Below the pieces are notes generated by a model. The model saw only the letters and a list, made by a program, of their open reading frames with translations. It had not been told where the DNA came from and did no database searches. 32,000 nt of DNA from Thermoproteus tenax Kra 1 (lineage in GTDB: Archaea; Thermoproteota; Thermoprotei; Thermoproteales; Thermoproteaceae), in the NCBI RefSeq assembly GCF_000253055.1, contig NC_016070.1, forward strand, positions 90,001 to 122,000. The letters run 5' to 3'. Positions 19,717 through 29,116 of this stretch are shown here, in pieces. The first letter of the stretch is position 1, and every line of letters starts with the position of its first letter. The position numbers and the translations under genes were made by a program.

Positions 19717-20067
19717 TTAATTCATAAACATTTTTAATTTTTTAACTAAATATTCTGGGTTTTTAACGGGACCTTTATGTACTAGTCTTCTATTAAATAT
19801 AATCAACGGAACTTTGCCTGTTCTATATTTGGCCATGAGGTACAGCCCCCTCAGAGTTAGAGGGTTCGTAAATCTGACCCTAAACGAGCCGTTGAGACGC
19901 GACAAAGCCACCAATATTGCCTCAAAGTCGCTATCGCTCTTTTGCCCAAGATCTTCCGTCAACTCTATCTTAAACGCCTTAGCCACACTGTCGCACGTTC
20001 TACAGATACCGGCCCTAGTGGGGACAAACATAACGACCTCGAGCAGAGGCGCCTCCTGGGCGTCCAT
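19717..20067 (-). CDS. Thioredoxin/glutaredoxin-like CxxC protein
   Basis: [17 protein letters not shown]...[28 protein letters not shown]. Confidence 0.6.
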   Translation of the reverse strand: MDAQEAPLLEVVMFVPTRAGICRTCDSVAKAFKIELTEDLGQKSDSDFEAILVALSRLNGSFRVRFTNPLTLRGLYLMAKYRTGKVPLIIFNRRLVHKGPVKNPEYLVKKLKMFMN

Positions 20068-20110
20068 GCTCTTAATGTTATTTTTATTAAAAACCTTCTG
20101 CGAAGATCAT

Positions 20111-21250
20111 ATGATCCCCATTTCGGTGATGGTCGCCGGGATTGGAACCACTTCGTTCAAGATAAAGGGTAGATACGGCGTTGAGAGGCCGAGCGGCTTC
20201 GCGGCGCCCCTGAGGCCTGCAGTCACTTGGAACATCACCAAAAGGTGCAATCTCAAGTGTCTCCACTGTTATGTCGACGCAGGTCCCGCCGACTCCAGCG
20301 AGCTGACTACGGAGGAGGCCCTAGACGTAGTAGATCAGATGGCCGAGATAGGAGTGCCGATGGTTATATTCTCGGGCGGCGAGCCTCTGCTGAGGCCCGA
20401 CTTCTTTGACGTCGCGTCCTATGCAGGCAGCAAAGGGATAAAGCTCGTCATCTCGACTAACGGCACTCTAATAAGCAAAGAGGTCGCTAAAAGGCTGAAG
20501 GACCTTGGCTTCTACTACGTGGGCATAAGCCTCGACTCGGTAGACGGAGAGTACCACGACTACTTCAGAGGAGTGAAGGGCGCCTTCTCATCGGCGCTAT
20601 TGGGCATAAAGAACGCCGTGAATGCAGGCCTCGACGTAGGTCTCCGGTTCACAGTTACCGCGAAGAACATAGCCGAGGTTCCCAAATACCTGGAGTTCGC
20701 GGCCTCGTTGGGCGTGAGGAGAGTGACCTTCTACCATCTATCAGCAGCGGGGCGCGCCCAGAGGTTGGACAAGAGCTGGTATTATACCCCCGAGCAGTAT
20801 GTCGCCTTTATACACACGTTAATAGAATACGCGAGGAAATACGCAGGCGAGATAGAGATCGAGACCACGCTGGCTCCCTACGACGGCGTGTATATTGCGC
20901 TCACGTTGGGGAACGGCTCCGAGGAGTACCTCAAGTTCGTTGAGTCAGCGGGAGGCTGTGGAAGGAAGATGATCTCGATATATCCAAACGGCGACGTCTA
21001 TCCTTGCCAGTTCCTCGACTTCTACCGTCTGGGCAACGTGAGAGAGAGGAGGCTCAGAGAGATCTTAAGGCCAGATGCCGTAGAGCCCTTCGTCAACACT
21101 GAGAAGTATCTGAGGGGGCCTCGGTGCAGCGCCTGCGCCTACAAGAGGTACTGCAAGGGCGGCGACAGGGCAAGGGCCTACTACCTGACCGGAGACATGT
21201 GGGGCGACGACCCTCTGTGTCCTCTGCCGTCCATTCTGGCCCGGAACTAG
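20111..21250 (+). CDS. Radical SAM/SPASM protein, AhbC/AhbD/NirJ-like (heme biosynthesis family)
   Basis: [18 protein letters not shown]; SPASM region [30 protein letters not shown]...[32 protein letters not shown]. The TATA box 20083-20094 places the start at ATG 20111, not 19814. Confidence 0.85.
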   Translation: MIPISVMVAGIGTTSFKIKGRYGVERPSGFAAPLRPAVTWNITKRCNLKCLHCYVDAGPADSSELTTEEALDVVDQMAEIGVPMVIFSGGEPLLRPDFFDVASYAGSKGIKLVISTNGTLISKEVAKRLKDLGFYYVGISLDSVDGEYHDYFRGVKGAFSSALLGIKNAVNAGLDVGLRFTVTAKNIAEVPKYLEFAASLGVRRVTFYHLSAAGRAQRLDKSWYYTPEQYVAFIHTLIEYARKYAGEIEIETTLAPYDGVYIALTLGNGSEEYLKFVESAGGCGRKMISIYPNGDVYPCQFLDFYRLGNVRERRLREILRPDAVEPFVNTEKYLRGPRCSACAYKRYCKGGDRARAYYLTGDMWGDDPLCPLPSILARN

Positions 21251-22305
21251 GCGGCCCCGTGCGTTGAGACGGCTTGTTGGCCCTTGTTGTGTGATCTGCC
21301 CAAGTCCTCTACGGCGAATTTCAAGGCGGCGGCTGCCCTCTCCACATCCGGTACGCGTATGGCCTCGTCCTCTGTGTGGGCAAGCTTGGGATCGCCGGGC
21401 CCGAAAGCCGCTATGTTTTTCGTCAGCTTGATCAACAGGTTGAAGTCGGCCGTTCCATATTTTTTGCTCAACTTGGGCTCAACGCCTATCTTCAACAGCC
21501 CCCTCACAAGCGCCCTGGCCGCGGGGTTCGTCGGGCTCACTTCGGCTGGGTCTACGCACGTCCTCACCACGGCAGGCAACCCCTCGAGCATCTTGAGTAG
21601 TTCCTCGCACGTGTGGCCCGGCGGAATCCTCACGTCCAGCACGGCTGCGCACTCCACTGGGACCTTGTTGGGGGCGTCGCCGCATCTCACCACAGTGGGC
21701 GTCACAGTGAAGTCGTTGTACCTTTCGCCGTGTCTCAACGTCTCCTTAACCTTCAAGTAGGCGTTGTACAGCTCCTCGAACGGATTCCCATATATTGGGC
21801 TGGAGGCGTGGCCGCCCCTTGTGTTAATCCTGAGCTCCACTTTGCCCCCGCCTCTGTAGGCATATGCTACGTGTAGATCAGTGGGCTCGCCCACGTAGAT
21901 GTAGTCGGGCCGCGGGGGCCCGCCCCTCAGTAGCTCCTCTGTGCCCACGCTGTCGTCTTCCTCAGCTGTGACCAGCGTGAGCACCAGAGTGCCGCTGGGA
22001 TTGGCCGTTCTGAAGGCCTCGAGATATGCCACAAGGGGGCCCTTATCGTCGACGGCCCCCCGCCCCCTCACCACGTCGCCCTCATCTCTCACCTCAAGCG
22101 GCCCAGCGACTGTGTCCATATGTGCGTGAAGCCATATGACCGGCTGGCCCCGCCCCCTCACTGCGATCACGTTGCCGGCCGAGTCTATCCATGCATCATC
22201 GGCGTGGTCTCTGGCGATACCCAACAGGAACTTCGCCAGCTCGCCCTCCCCATGCGAGGGGCTATATATGCTGAGCGCGCGCAACAATAGGCCCTTTAGG
22301 TCCAT
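21247..22305 (-). CDS. lysK: [LysW]-lysine/ornithine hydrolase (M20 family)
   Basis: [36 protein letters not shown]...[13 protein letters not shown]...GTADFNLL; adjacent to lysY/lysZ/lysW; AGGAGG SD before the ATG. Confidence 0.88.
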   Translation of the reverse strand: MDLKGLLLRALSIYSPSHGEGELAKFLLGIARDHADDAWIDSAGNVIAVRGRGQPVIWLHAHMDTVAGPLEVRDEGDVVRGRGAVDDKGPLVAYLEAFRTANPSGTLVLTLVTAEEDDSVGTEELLRGGPPRPDYIYVGEPTDLHVAYAYRGGGKVELRINTRGGHASSPIYGNPFEELYNAYLKVKETLRHGERYNDFTVTPTVVRCGDAPNKVPVECAAVLDVRIPPGHTCEELLKMLEGLPAVVRTCVDPAEVSPTNPAARALVRGLLKIGVEPKLSKKYGTADFNLLIKLTKNIAAFGPGDPKLAHTEDEAIRVPDVERAAAALKFAVEDLGRSHNKGQQAVSTHGAA

Positions 22306-22370
22306 GGCCTCCTAATAGAAACGGAATATAAAAATTAGGCGGAAGTTCGGCGCACTCCGTGGGAGTTAAG

Positions 22371-22380
22371 TTTTTATATA
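22371..22380 (+). promoter_or_regulatory. TATA box (TTTTTATATA) for the LysX-like/lysYZW transcript
   Basis: 17 nt precede ATG 22398, the spacing of a leaderless transcript. Confidence 0.6.
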
Positions 22381-22397
22381 GGCTCGGTCGGGCCCCT

Positions 22398-22466
22398 ATG
22401 GAATTTGCGGGGAAAGCGGGGCCAGCGGGGCGAAGATATATATCATCTCCGAGAAGCCCGAGCTAG
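22398..22466 (+). promoter_or_regulatory. Out-of-frame leader ORF MEFAG[K]AG[P]AG[R]RYISSPRSPS* with three G-GGG slip sites
   Basis: ATG GAA TTT GCG GGG AAA GCG GGG CCA GCG GGG CGA ... TAG. The -1 frame opens into the downstream LysX-like protein. Confidence 0.6.
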
Positions 22467-23083
22467 GGGAGAGGCTTTTGGCCAAGTTTATATCGGCCCG
22501 GGGTCTCTCAGCCGAGATAGTTGGCCTTGAGGGCGGCATCTCCTCGCCGGAGGGGCTCGCCGTAATTAGGACTAGGAACCAGTACTTGGGAGCGACCTAC
22601 GCCGCTGTATTTAGGCGGGCTGTTAACCAGGCCCACGCCATTTATAATGCCTTGAACAGACTCTACTGGTTGCCCAAGTTCGGCCCGCCCTTCATGGCGT
22701 TCGTCGAAGAGGACGCCGTAGAGAAAGTTGAGTTCGGCCCGCCCTGGCTCTTGGCTACTGCGTGGCGCCTCGGGCTTGACAGCGTAGTGACGAGCGTTGA
22801 GGGGGCCAAGAGCGTGGTGGAGCACCGCTCCTACATGAGGAATCCCCTGGCCAAGGCCAGCGTAGTGATGCCCAAGCCCAGGGAGGTCAAAAGGGTCTTC
22901 GCCGTGGCAGGCATGTCCGACGGAATAGTGGACGAACTCTTGAGGGCCACAGGCTTGAGATACGCCGAGGTGGCCCTGGGCGTGTACGAGGACGGCGAGC
23001 GCGTCATAGACGTCGACCCCATCCCCGAGCTCGACGAGGCCCGCGCAAGGCTCTTGGCAGAATTTCTGGCGTCGGAGACATGA
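22398..23083 (+). CDS. LysX-like (divergent ATP-grasp) protein, expressed only via a predicted -1 frameshift at 22410-22430; unshifted ORF has only TTG 22478
   Basis: The in-frame region upstream of TTG 22478 reads GESGASGAKIYIISEKPELGERLLAKFISARG (protein-like) with no ATG/GTG/TTG. Position directly upstream of lysY/lysZ/lysW. Confidence 0.55.
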
Positions 23084-24135
23084 AGGTCTGTATAATAGGC
23101 GCATCGGGGTTCACGGGGGGCGAGCTCCTGAGAATACTTCTCAGCCACAGCGGAGTGGAGGTCGTCTGTGCCACGTCTAGGAAGTTCAAGGGCGAGTACG
23201 TCTACAGAGTGCACCCAAATCTGAGGGGGTTCACAAACCTCAAGTTTGTGGAGCCGAGCATAGACGTAGCCCTTAAGGCCGACGCCGTGTTCTTGGCGCT
23301 TCCTCACGGCGAGTCTGTCAAGTGGGTCCCCCAGCTCTACGAACACGGCCTGTACGTCGTAGATCTCAGCGCAGACTTCAGACTGAAGGACCCTAACGCC
23401 TACGTAGAGTGGTACAGATGGCCTCAGCCCCATCCCTACCCCGATCTGCTTAAGAGGGCCGTCTACGGGTTGCCCGAGTTGCACAGAGAGGAGCTCCCCG
23501 GCGCTAAGTTGATCGCATCGCCGGGCTGCACAGCGACGGCGTCCATCATGGCTCTGGCGCCTCTCGCAAAGGAGGGCCTCATAGACTCCGGCCCCATCGT
23601 CGTCGACGTCAAGATGGGCTCCTCGGGCGCCGGAGCAGAGGGCTCAGTGTTGGACATGCACAGCCACAGGACGTACGTGATAAGGCCCTACGAGCCCGTG
23701 CACCACAGACATACGGCTGAGGTCGAGCAAGAGCTCACTAGGCTGGCCGGCAGAGAGGTAAAAGTTGCCTACACGCCGCACGCAGTGGATGTTGTCAGAG
23801 GCATTCTCTCGACGGGGCACGTCTTTACTGAGAAGGACGTGGAGGAGCCCTCCCTCTGGAAGGCCTATCGATCTCTATACGGAGACAGCAAGTTCGTGAG
23901 AATAGTGAAGGACAAGATAGGGCTTGCGCGCTACCCGAATATAAAGTACATCTTGGGCACTAATATAGTGGACGTCGGCTTCGAGATAGATAGAAGGATG
24001 AGGAGGATAGTGGCGTTCGCAGCCCTAGACAACCTCGTCAGAGGCGCCGGCGGACAGGCAGTGCAAGCCTTCAATATAGCTGTGGGCTTCCCTGAGGACG
24101 AAGGACTTAGATATATACCGCCCCACCCGATATGA
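23080..24135 (+). CDS. lysY: [LysW]-aminoadipyl/glutamyl phosphate reductase (ArgC/LysY)
   Basis: [23 protein letters not shown]...[16 protein letters not shown]; ATGA overlap with upstream stop. Confidence 0.93.
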   Translation: MKVCIIGASGFTGGELLRILLSHSGVEVVCATSRKFKGEYVYRVHPNLRGFTNLKFVEPSIDVALKADAVFLALPHGESVKWVPQLYEHGLYVVDLSADFRLKDPNAYVEWYRWPQPHPYPDLLKRAVYGLPELHREELPGAKLIASPGCTATASIMALAPLAKEGLIDSGPIVVDVKMGSSGAGAEGSVLDMHSHRTYVIRPYEPVHHRHTAEVEQELTRLAGREVKVAYTPHAVDVVRGILSTGHVFTEKDVEEPSLWKAYRSLYGDSKFVRIVKDKIGLARYPNIKYILGTNIVDVGFEIDRRMRRIVAFAALDNLVRGAGGQAVQAFNIAVGFPEDEGLRYIPPHPI

Positions 24136-24917
24136 TAATAGTAGTCAAGTTGGGCGGCTCTGTAGTCTGCAAGGACCCCTCAAAGGCCATAGCGGACTTA
24201 GCCAAATACGCCGATGTGGCAGTCGTAGTACATGGGGGCGGCTGTATGGTGAACGAGGTGATGAAGGCGATGGGGCTCCAACCCAAGTTTCTCACGCATC
24301 CCGGCGGAGTAGTCAGCAGATTTACCGACTATGAGACATTGAGGGCCTTCGTGATGACCATGATGTGGATAAACAAGAACATAGTGGCCTCTCTGGCATC
24401 GCTCAGAGTGCCCGCGCTAGGTCTCTCAGGCGCCGACAACATGGTGTTGAGGGCTAAGAGGAAGGAGAAAGTGATAATAGTCGACGAGAGGGGCAGACAG
24501 AGGGTCGTCGATGGAGGCTACAGCGGCAAGATCACTGAGATAGACGTCAAAGCGCTTCTGCCGCCGCCGCTCAAAGTGTTGGCGCCGATCGCCGTATCGG
24601 AGAAGGGCGAGCTCCTGAATATAGATGGAGATCAAGTGGCCTTTGAGATAGCCTCGAGGCTCATGAGCAAACTGGTGATATTGAGCGACGTTGACGGTTT
24701 GATCATAGGGGGAAAAGTCGTGGGCAGACTCACGCCCCAGGAGGCCCTCGAGCTGGCCAAGTCGGACGAGGTCAAGGGAGGCATGAAGAGGAAGTTGATC
24801 GCGGCAGCCGAGGCGGCCAAAAGCGGAGTAGAGACCATAATATACAACGGTCTCGTCGAGTCACCCATAGAGAAGGCCCTCGCCGGAGCGGGTACTCATA
24901 TTATACCTAGTTCCTAA
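24132..24917 (+). CDS. lysZ: [LysW]-aminoadipate/glutamate kinase (ArgB/LysZ)
   Basis: [15 protein letters not shown]...[17 protein letters not shown]...[15 protein letters not shown]. Confidence 0.93.
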   Translation: MIIVVKLGGSVVCKDPSKAIADLAKYADVAVVVHGGGCMVNEVMKAMGLQPKFLTHPGGVVSRFTDYETLRAFVMTMMWINKNIVASLASLRVPALGLSGADNMVLRAKRKEKVIIVDERGRQRVVDGGYSGKITEIDVKALLPPPLKVLAPIAVSEKGELLNIDGDQVAFEIASRLMSKLVILSDVDGLIIGGKVVGRLTPQEALELAKSDEVKGGMKRKLIAAAEAAKSGVETIIYNGLVESPIEKALAGAGTHIIPSS

Positions 24918-24961
24918 TTAAAGGGAAGAAAAATTTAAATACTATTTAAAAAAGGACTAAT

Positions 24962-25147
24962 ATGGCTAAAGTAAAGCTAACGGCAGTATGTAAAGTATGT
25001 GGTAGCGAGATAGAGCTTCCCGAGGACGTGATGGACGGCGAGATCACTTCGTGTCCCACGTGCGGCACACGTTATATTGTCAGACTGAAGGGCGAGAAAG
25101 TCGAGCTGGAGGAGTTCAAGGGGGACGTGGAGGACTACGGAGAATAA
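24962..25147 (+). CDS. lysW: Amino-group carrier protein LysW
   Basis: 61 aa; CKVCGSEIELPEDVMDGEITSCPTCGTRY...; C-terminal EDYGE (variant of EDWGE). Confidence 0.95.
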   Translation: MAKVKLTAVCKVCGSEIELPEDVMDGEITSCPTCGTRYIVRLKGEKVELEEFKGDVEDYGE

Positions 25148-25166
25148 TCCTCGCTTTTTATCAACA

Positions 25167-25174
25167 TTTTAATA
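25167..25174 (+). promoter_or_regulatory. TATA box (TTTTAATA) for argG
   Basis: 19 nt precede ATG 25194. Confidence 0.5.
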
Positions 25175-25193
25175 CGAGCTATTAAGCCCCTCC

Positions 25194-25232
25194 ATGCCCT
25201 CGGGGCGAGAAAGATCAGTAGAATCGCGTTAG
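25194..25232 (+). promoter_or_regulatory. Out-of-frame leader ORF MPSG[R]ERSVESR* with TCG-GGG-CGA slip/hungry-codon site
   Basis: ATG CCC TCG GGG CGA ... CGT TAG; -1 shift at GGG 25203-25205 gives MPSG|ARKISRIALAYSGGLDTT. Confidence 0.6.
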
Positions 25233-26404
25233 CGTATTCGGGCGGTTTGGACACCACTGTTGCGATAAAGTGGCTATCCGAGAAGTATAACGCTGAGGTC
25301 ATAACAGTGACTGTAGATGTGGGCCAGGAGGAGGACTTCCAAGAGGTCGAGTCTAGAGCGTATAAAGCGGGCGCGGCGAAACACTACACTATAGACGCCA
25401 AGAGGGAATTCGCCGAGGAATATATAGCTAGAGCGGTGCTGATGAACGCGATGTACGAGGGGAAATATCCCCTCGGGACAGCCCTCGCGAGGCCTCTGAT
25501 TGTGTCGAAGACCGTCGAGGTAGCAAGGCGCGAGGGGGCAGACGCAATAGCCCATGGGAGCACCAGTAAGGGCAACGACCAAGTGCGTTTCGATGTGACG
25601 GCCAAGGCGTTGGCCCCCGATCTAGAGATCTTGGCGCCAGCCAGAGTGTGGGGCATGGGGAGGGAGCAAGAGATCGACTACGCGAGGAGACACGGCATAC
25701 CTATACCGGAGGCCCACAAGAAGTACAGCATCGACGAAAACTTGTGGACGCGCTCCATTGAGGGAGGGCCTGTCGACGACCAGAGAGCTGAGCCGCCCGA
25801 GGACGCCTTTAAGTGGACTGTACAGCCCGAGAAGGCGCCTGACCAGCCGACATATGTCGAGATAGAGTTCTCCAACGGGCTCCCTAGGTCGATAAACGGA
25901 GAGCGCGTGGACATGCTCCAAGCAGTCAGAGCGTTGAACAACGTGGGAGGTCTGAACGGCGTTGGGCGCATTGACCACATTGAGAGCAGGCTCGTGGGAT
26001 TCAAGAGCCGCGAAGTATACGAGGCGCCGGCGGCGGTGATACTCTACGAGGCCCACCGCGATTTAGAGAAGTTGGTCCTCACGCCGAGGGAGCTACGGTT
26101 TAAACACACTGTGTTGGACCCCCTATGGGCAGATCTAGTGTATCAAGGCCTGTGGGTTGAACCGTTGAGGCAGTCGCTGGAGGCCGCCGCCAGAGAGATG
26201 GAAAGATGGGTGGACGGCTGGGTGAAAGTTAAGCTGTATAGAGGGTCTCTACAGGTGGTCGCCCGCGACTCTAAATACGGAACATACAGCAGAGATATAG
26301 CGGATTACTCCACGGGGTGGTATCCCTCAGACGAGGAAGCGCGCGGCTTCATAGAGATGTGGTCGCTCCACAGCCTCCTGGCATTGAAAAAACGTGGTCA
26401 ATAA
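25194..26404 (+). CDS. argG: Argininosuccinate synthase; N-terminus requires a -1 frameshift or non-canonical start
   Basis: ISRIALAYSGGLDTTVAIKWL...GQEEDFQEVE...AHGSTSKGNDQVRF. The only in-frame start codon (TTG 25247) lies inside the essential SGGLD PP-loop. Confidence 0.85.
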
Positions 26405-26554
26405 ATTCAAAGCTAAATATTATAATTCCAATAATAAATACAGATATAGAATAAAAAGATTTTAATATTATTAAAAATAAAAATAGTTTGCAAATTTAGA
26501 TATTACTCTATATAAGCGATGAAAGAGATATAAAGAGGATGAAAGGGGTCTTCG

Positions 26555-26725
26555 ATGGGGTCAGGATCGCCCAAGCTGAACACTGTGGTGTGTCCCAACT
26601 GCAAACGCCCCGTGAGACCGAAGGAGTGTAGCAGAAAAAGCTTGTCGAAAAGATACGTGTTAGTGACGTACTGTTGCCCGAGGTGTGGTATAGAGCTGAT
26701 CACTGAACATATAGAGGTTACATAA
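26555..26725 (+). CDS. Small zinc-ribbon-like protein, 56 aa (not in the ORF track)
   Basis: MGSGSPKLNTVVCPNCKRPVRPKECSRKSLSKRYVLVTYCCPRCGIELITEHIEVT*; two CxxC knuckles; TATAAA about 24 nt upstream. Confidence 0.65.
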   Translation: MGSGSPKLNTVVCPNCKRPVRPKECSRKSLSKRYVLVTYCCPRCGIELITEHIEVT

Positions 26726-26780
26726 AGTCAGCGAGGATTATATACTAGCCACCTATTTTTAAAAACAGATCGGCCCGACT

Positions 26781-27323
26781 GTGGAGATTCTGTTGCTCCT
26801 CCACGGTTCCAAGGATCCCAGATATCGCGAATCAGTAGAGAGATTCGCGGGGAGGCTCGGGCTCAAGTACGCGTTCCTCGAGGGCTTTGAGCCGAGACCC
26901 GGCGTATTATATCTCCCCATCTTCGTCGCCCCAGGCGCCGACTACAGAAAAGCTCTGTCGTTGGCAAACCTCAAGGCGCCGCCATTGATTAGATGGCCGG
27001 GCTTCGCCGACTATCTGAGATCGCTTAGGGCAGACGTCTATATATTTCACGGAAGCGACGAGCCTGAGTACATAAACGAGGTCGCCTCATTGGGGCTCAG
27101 ATTCGCTTTCATCGAGGGCGAGCCCTCTCTGAAGTCTGTGGGCTGTAGAGGGCTTGGGGCGCCTGTAGTGTTGACGCGCGGCATTATCTACGACAGAGCC
27201 TCCGAGTTGTGGAGGGAGGCGGGCTGTCGCTACGAGCTTCTGCCGCCACTCTTCGAACAGGAGGGCTTCGTACAGTATTTCTCCTCAGCGCTCAGCTCGT
27301 TGTTGGCCAAGATTCAACAATAG
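26781..27323 (+). CDS. CbiX/SirB-like sirohydrochlorin chelatase-related protein
   Basis: MEILLLLHGSKDPRYRESVERFAGRLG...VLYLPIFVAPG. Confidence 0.6.
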   Translation: MEILLLLHGSKDPRYRESVERFAGRLGLKYAFLEGFEPRPGVLYLPIFVAPGADYRKALSLANLKAPPLIRWPGFADYLRSLRADVYIFHGSDEPEYINEVASLGLRFAFIEGEPSLKSVGCRGLGAPVVLTRGIIYDRASELWREAGCRYELLPPLFEQEGFVQYFSSALSSLLAKIQQ

Positions 27324-28284
27324 CGGCGATCTGTCTGCCGACCTCCTCAGTGGTGGCCCGCCCTCCTATGTCCGGCGTAGCTACCCCGCGCCTCAAGGCC
27401 TCCTCAACGGCGCCTCTAACAGCGTTTGCAGCGTCTTGGCGGCCCATCCATTCGAACATCATTGCGGCGGACAATATGGTCGCTATCGGATTGGCTATCC
27501 CCTTTCCAGCTATGTCGAAGGCCGCCCCGTGGATCGGCTCGAACATGGCCTTTTTGTCTCCAATATTCGCCGAGGGCGCCAGCCCCAAGCTACCTGCCAC
27601 TTGTGCGGCGAGATCGGTGAGGATATCCCCGTATTGGTTCGTCGTCAACACAACGTCGAAGCGCGAGGGATTCCTTACAAGCTCCATCGCTGCTGCGTCT
27701 ACGTACATTTCCTCCACTTGAAGCCCATCGAGCTCCCCCCTGGCCACATCCCTAAAGAAGGCGTCGACCACCCTCAACACATTGGACTTTGTGACGATAG
27801 TCACTTTCCGCCTCCTCATTTCGGCGTACCTCCTCGCCACTCTAGCCACCCTCGCCGTGCCCTCCCTCGTTATGACCTTCAGAGCAATCGCCACATCGCC
27901 CACTCTATATTCGGCGCCCACATAGACATCTTCGACGTTCTCCCTCACGAAGACGCAATCGATGGGCTTGACAGCAGGCACGCCGGGGAGGTTCTTTGCA
28001 GGCCTTATGTTGGCGTACAACACGTACTTCATCCTTATCGCGGACGTTACATCGTAGGCGGTCTCGCCCACGGGGCCCTTCAGTACGGCGTCGGCGGAGT
28101 CCACGATCTTCCACGCCTCGTCGGGCATAGGTTTGCCATACTTCCTCGCGGCTACGTCGCCCGCCTCCACGACCTTTATATCGAGCGGTATTGAGAAACG
28201 CCGCGCGGCCGCCTCTATCACCTTCAGCGTGGCCGACACTACCTCGGGCCCTATGCCGTCGCCCGGGATTACGGCAAGCTTCAT
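27292..28284 (-). CDS. 3-isopropylmalate / homoisocitrate dehydrogenase family
   Basis: MKLAVIPGDGIGPEVV...FVRENVEDVYVG...AAMELVRNPSRFDVVLTTNQYGDILTD. ATG 28284 preferred; the track start at 28314 lies in the TATA box region (GTTTAAAAC on minus). Confidence 0.9.
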   Translation of the reverse strand: MKLAVIPGDGIGPEVVSATLKVIEAAARRFSIPLDIKVVEAGDVAARKYGKPMPDEAWKIVDSADAVLKGPVGETAYDVTSAIRMKYVLYANIRPAKNLPGVPAVKPIDCVFVRENVEDVYVGAEYRVGDVAIALKVITREGTARVARVARRYAEMRRRKVTIVTKSNVLRVVDAFFRDVARGELDGLQVEEMYVDAAAMELVRNPSRFDVVLTTNQYGDILTDLAAQVAGSLGLAPSANIGDKKAMFEPIHGAAFDIAGKGIANPIATILSAAMMFEWMGRQDAANAVRGAVEEALRRGVATPDIGGRATTEEVGRQIAAIVESWPTTS

Positions 28285-28402
28285 AACGCCAGAAAATGTG
28301 TGAGTTTTAAACATAGAGCGCGCCCATCTGGGGACTCGGGGGCCCCAGCCACCTAGCTCGATCGCCTAAGGAGCTCGACAAGCCGATGTTCTATAGAGCC
28401 GC

Positions 28403-29068
28403 CTATCGGCATAGGGCCTCCGCGAGTAGGCCCGAGAGCTTGAGCGCCTCCTCCCTCCTTAAGTACCGCCCCCTCCTAGGCACCACAAGGGCCCTCTCTG
28501 TCCCGTCTGTCAGACTCGCCGGTATGACGGCGAGGACGCTCTCGAGAGACAAGAGCTCGTCTAAGGCAGGGCCCAGAGCTCTGGCGTAGCTCTCAGGCAA
28601 GATTGCCAAGACTGCCCCGAACCTCTTCAGTAAGGCTTGCGTCCTCTCCGGGACCCCCCTCTCCAGAGACCACCTGGCCAGCTCATCGCGGCGTAGAGCG
28701 TTTAAGGTTGCCTCGTAGGGGATAATGGGCTCATCCCAGCGGATCAAGCCGTATCGAGCGCTTACGATGAACAGCTCAGCTCTGGCACATTGTCGCACTC
28801 TATAGAAGATCGACCTCACTTGCGCGAAGGATCCACCGTACATCTCTACGGCGGGCTTAATAAAGCTCTGTAGCGCCTCCCTATATGTGTTCTCCCTCTC
28901 CAGGTCGAAGCCGGGCACGCCCAAGCCTCTGACCTTCAGCGCCTCCACGACGGAGCTCCAGTCCACTTTCTTCCTCTTAGTGCAGTGGGCCAGTATCAAT
29001 AGATCCCTAGACTTGAACCTCTCCCTCAACTGTTCCGCCGTTATGTCCTCTATTGAGACGAGAGGCAT
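28403..29068 (-). CDS. DUF6884-like protein (predicted nucleic-acid/nucleotide related enzyme)
   Basis: LLILAHCTKRKK...ARAELFIVSARYGLIRWDEPIIPYEATLNALRRDELARWS. Confidence 0.5.
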   Translation of the reverse strand: MPLVSIEDITAEQLRERFKSRDLLILAHCTKRKKVDWSSVVEALKVRGLGVPGFDLERENTYREALQSFIKPAVEMYGGSFAQVRSIFYRVRQCARAELFIVSARYGLIRWDEPIIPYEATLNALRRDELARWSLERGVPERTQALLKRFGAVLAILPESYARALGPALDELLSLESVLAVIPASLTDGTERALVVPRRGRYLRREEALKLSGLLAEALCR

Positions 29069-29116
29069 CGACCAAAAGCCTCTACTATATTTTAGCTCTG
29101 GGGCGCTACAGCTGAA

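Noticed and set aside
19814-20110. Long N-terminal extension of the radical SAM protein
   Set aside because: It is antisense to the thioredoxin-like gene, and the TATA box at 20083-20094 points to ATG 20111.
25247-25249. TTG 25247 as start of argG (as in ORF track)
   Set aside because: It is the Leu codon inside the conserved SGGLD PP-loop; starting there would remove the ATP-binding motif.
28335-28370. CTGGGG...CCCCAG inverted repeat upstream of the IPMDH-like gene
   Set aside because: Could be a terminator-like or incidental GC palindrome; no supporting context.
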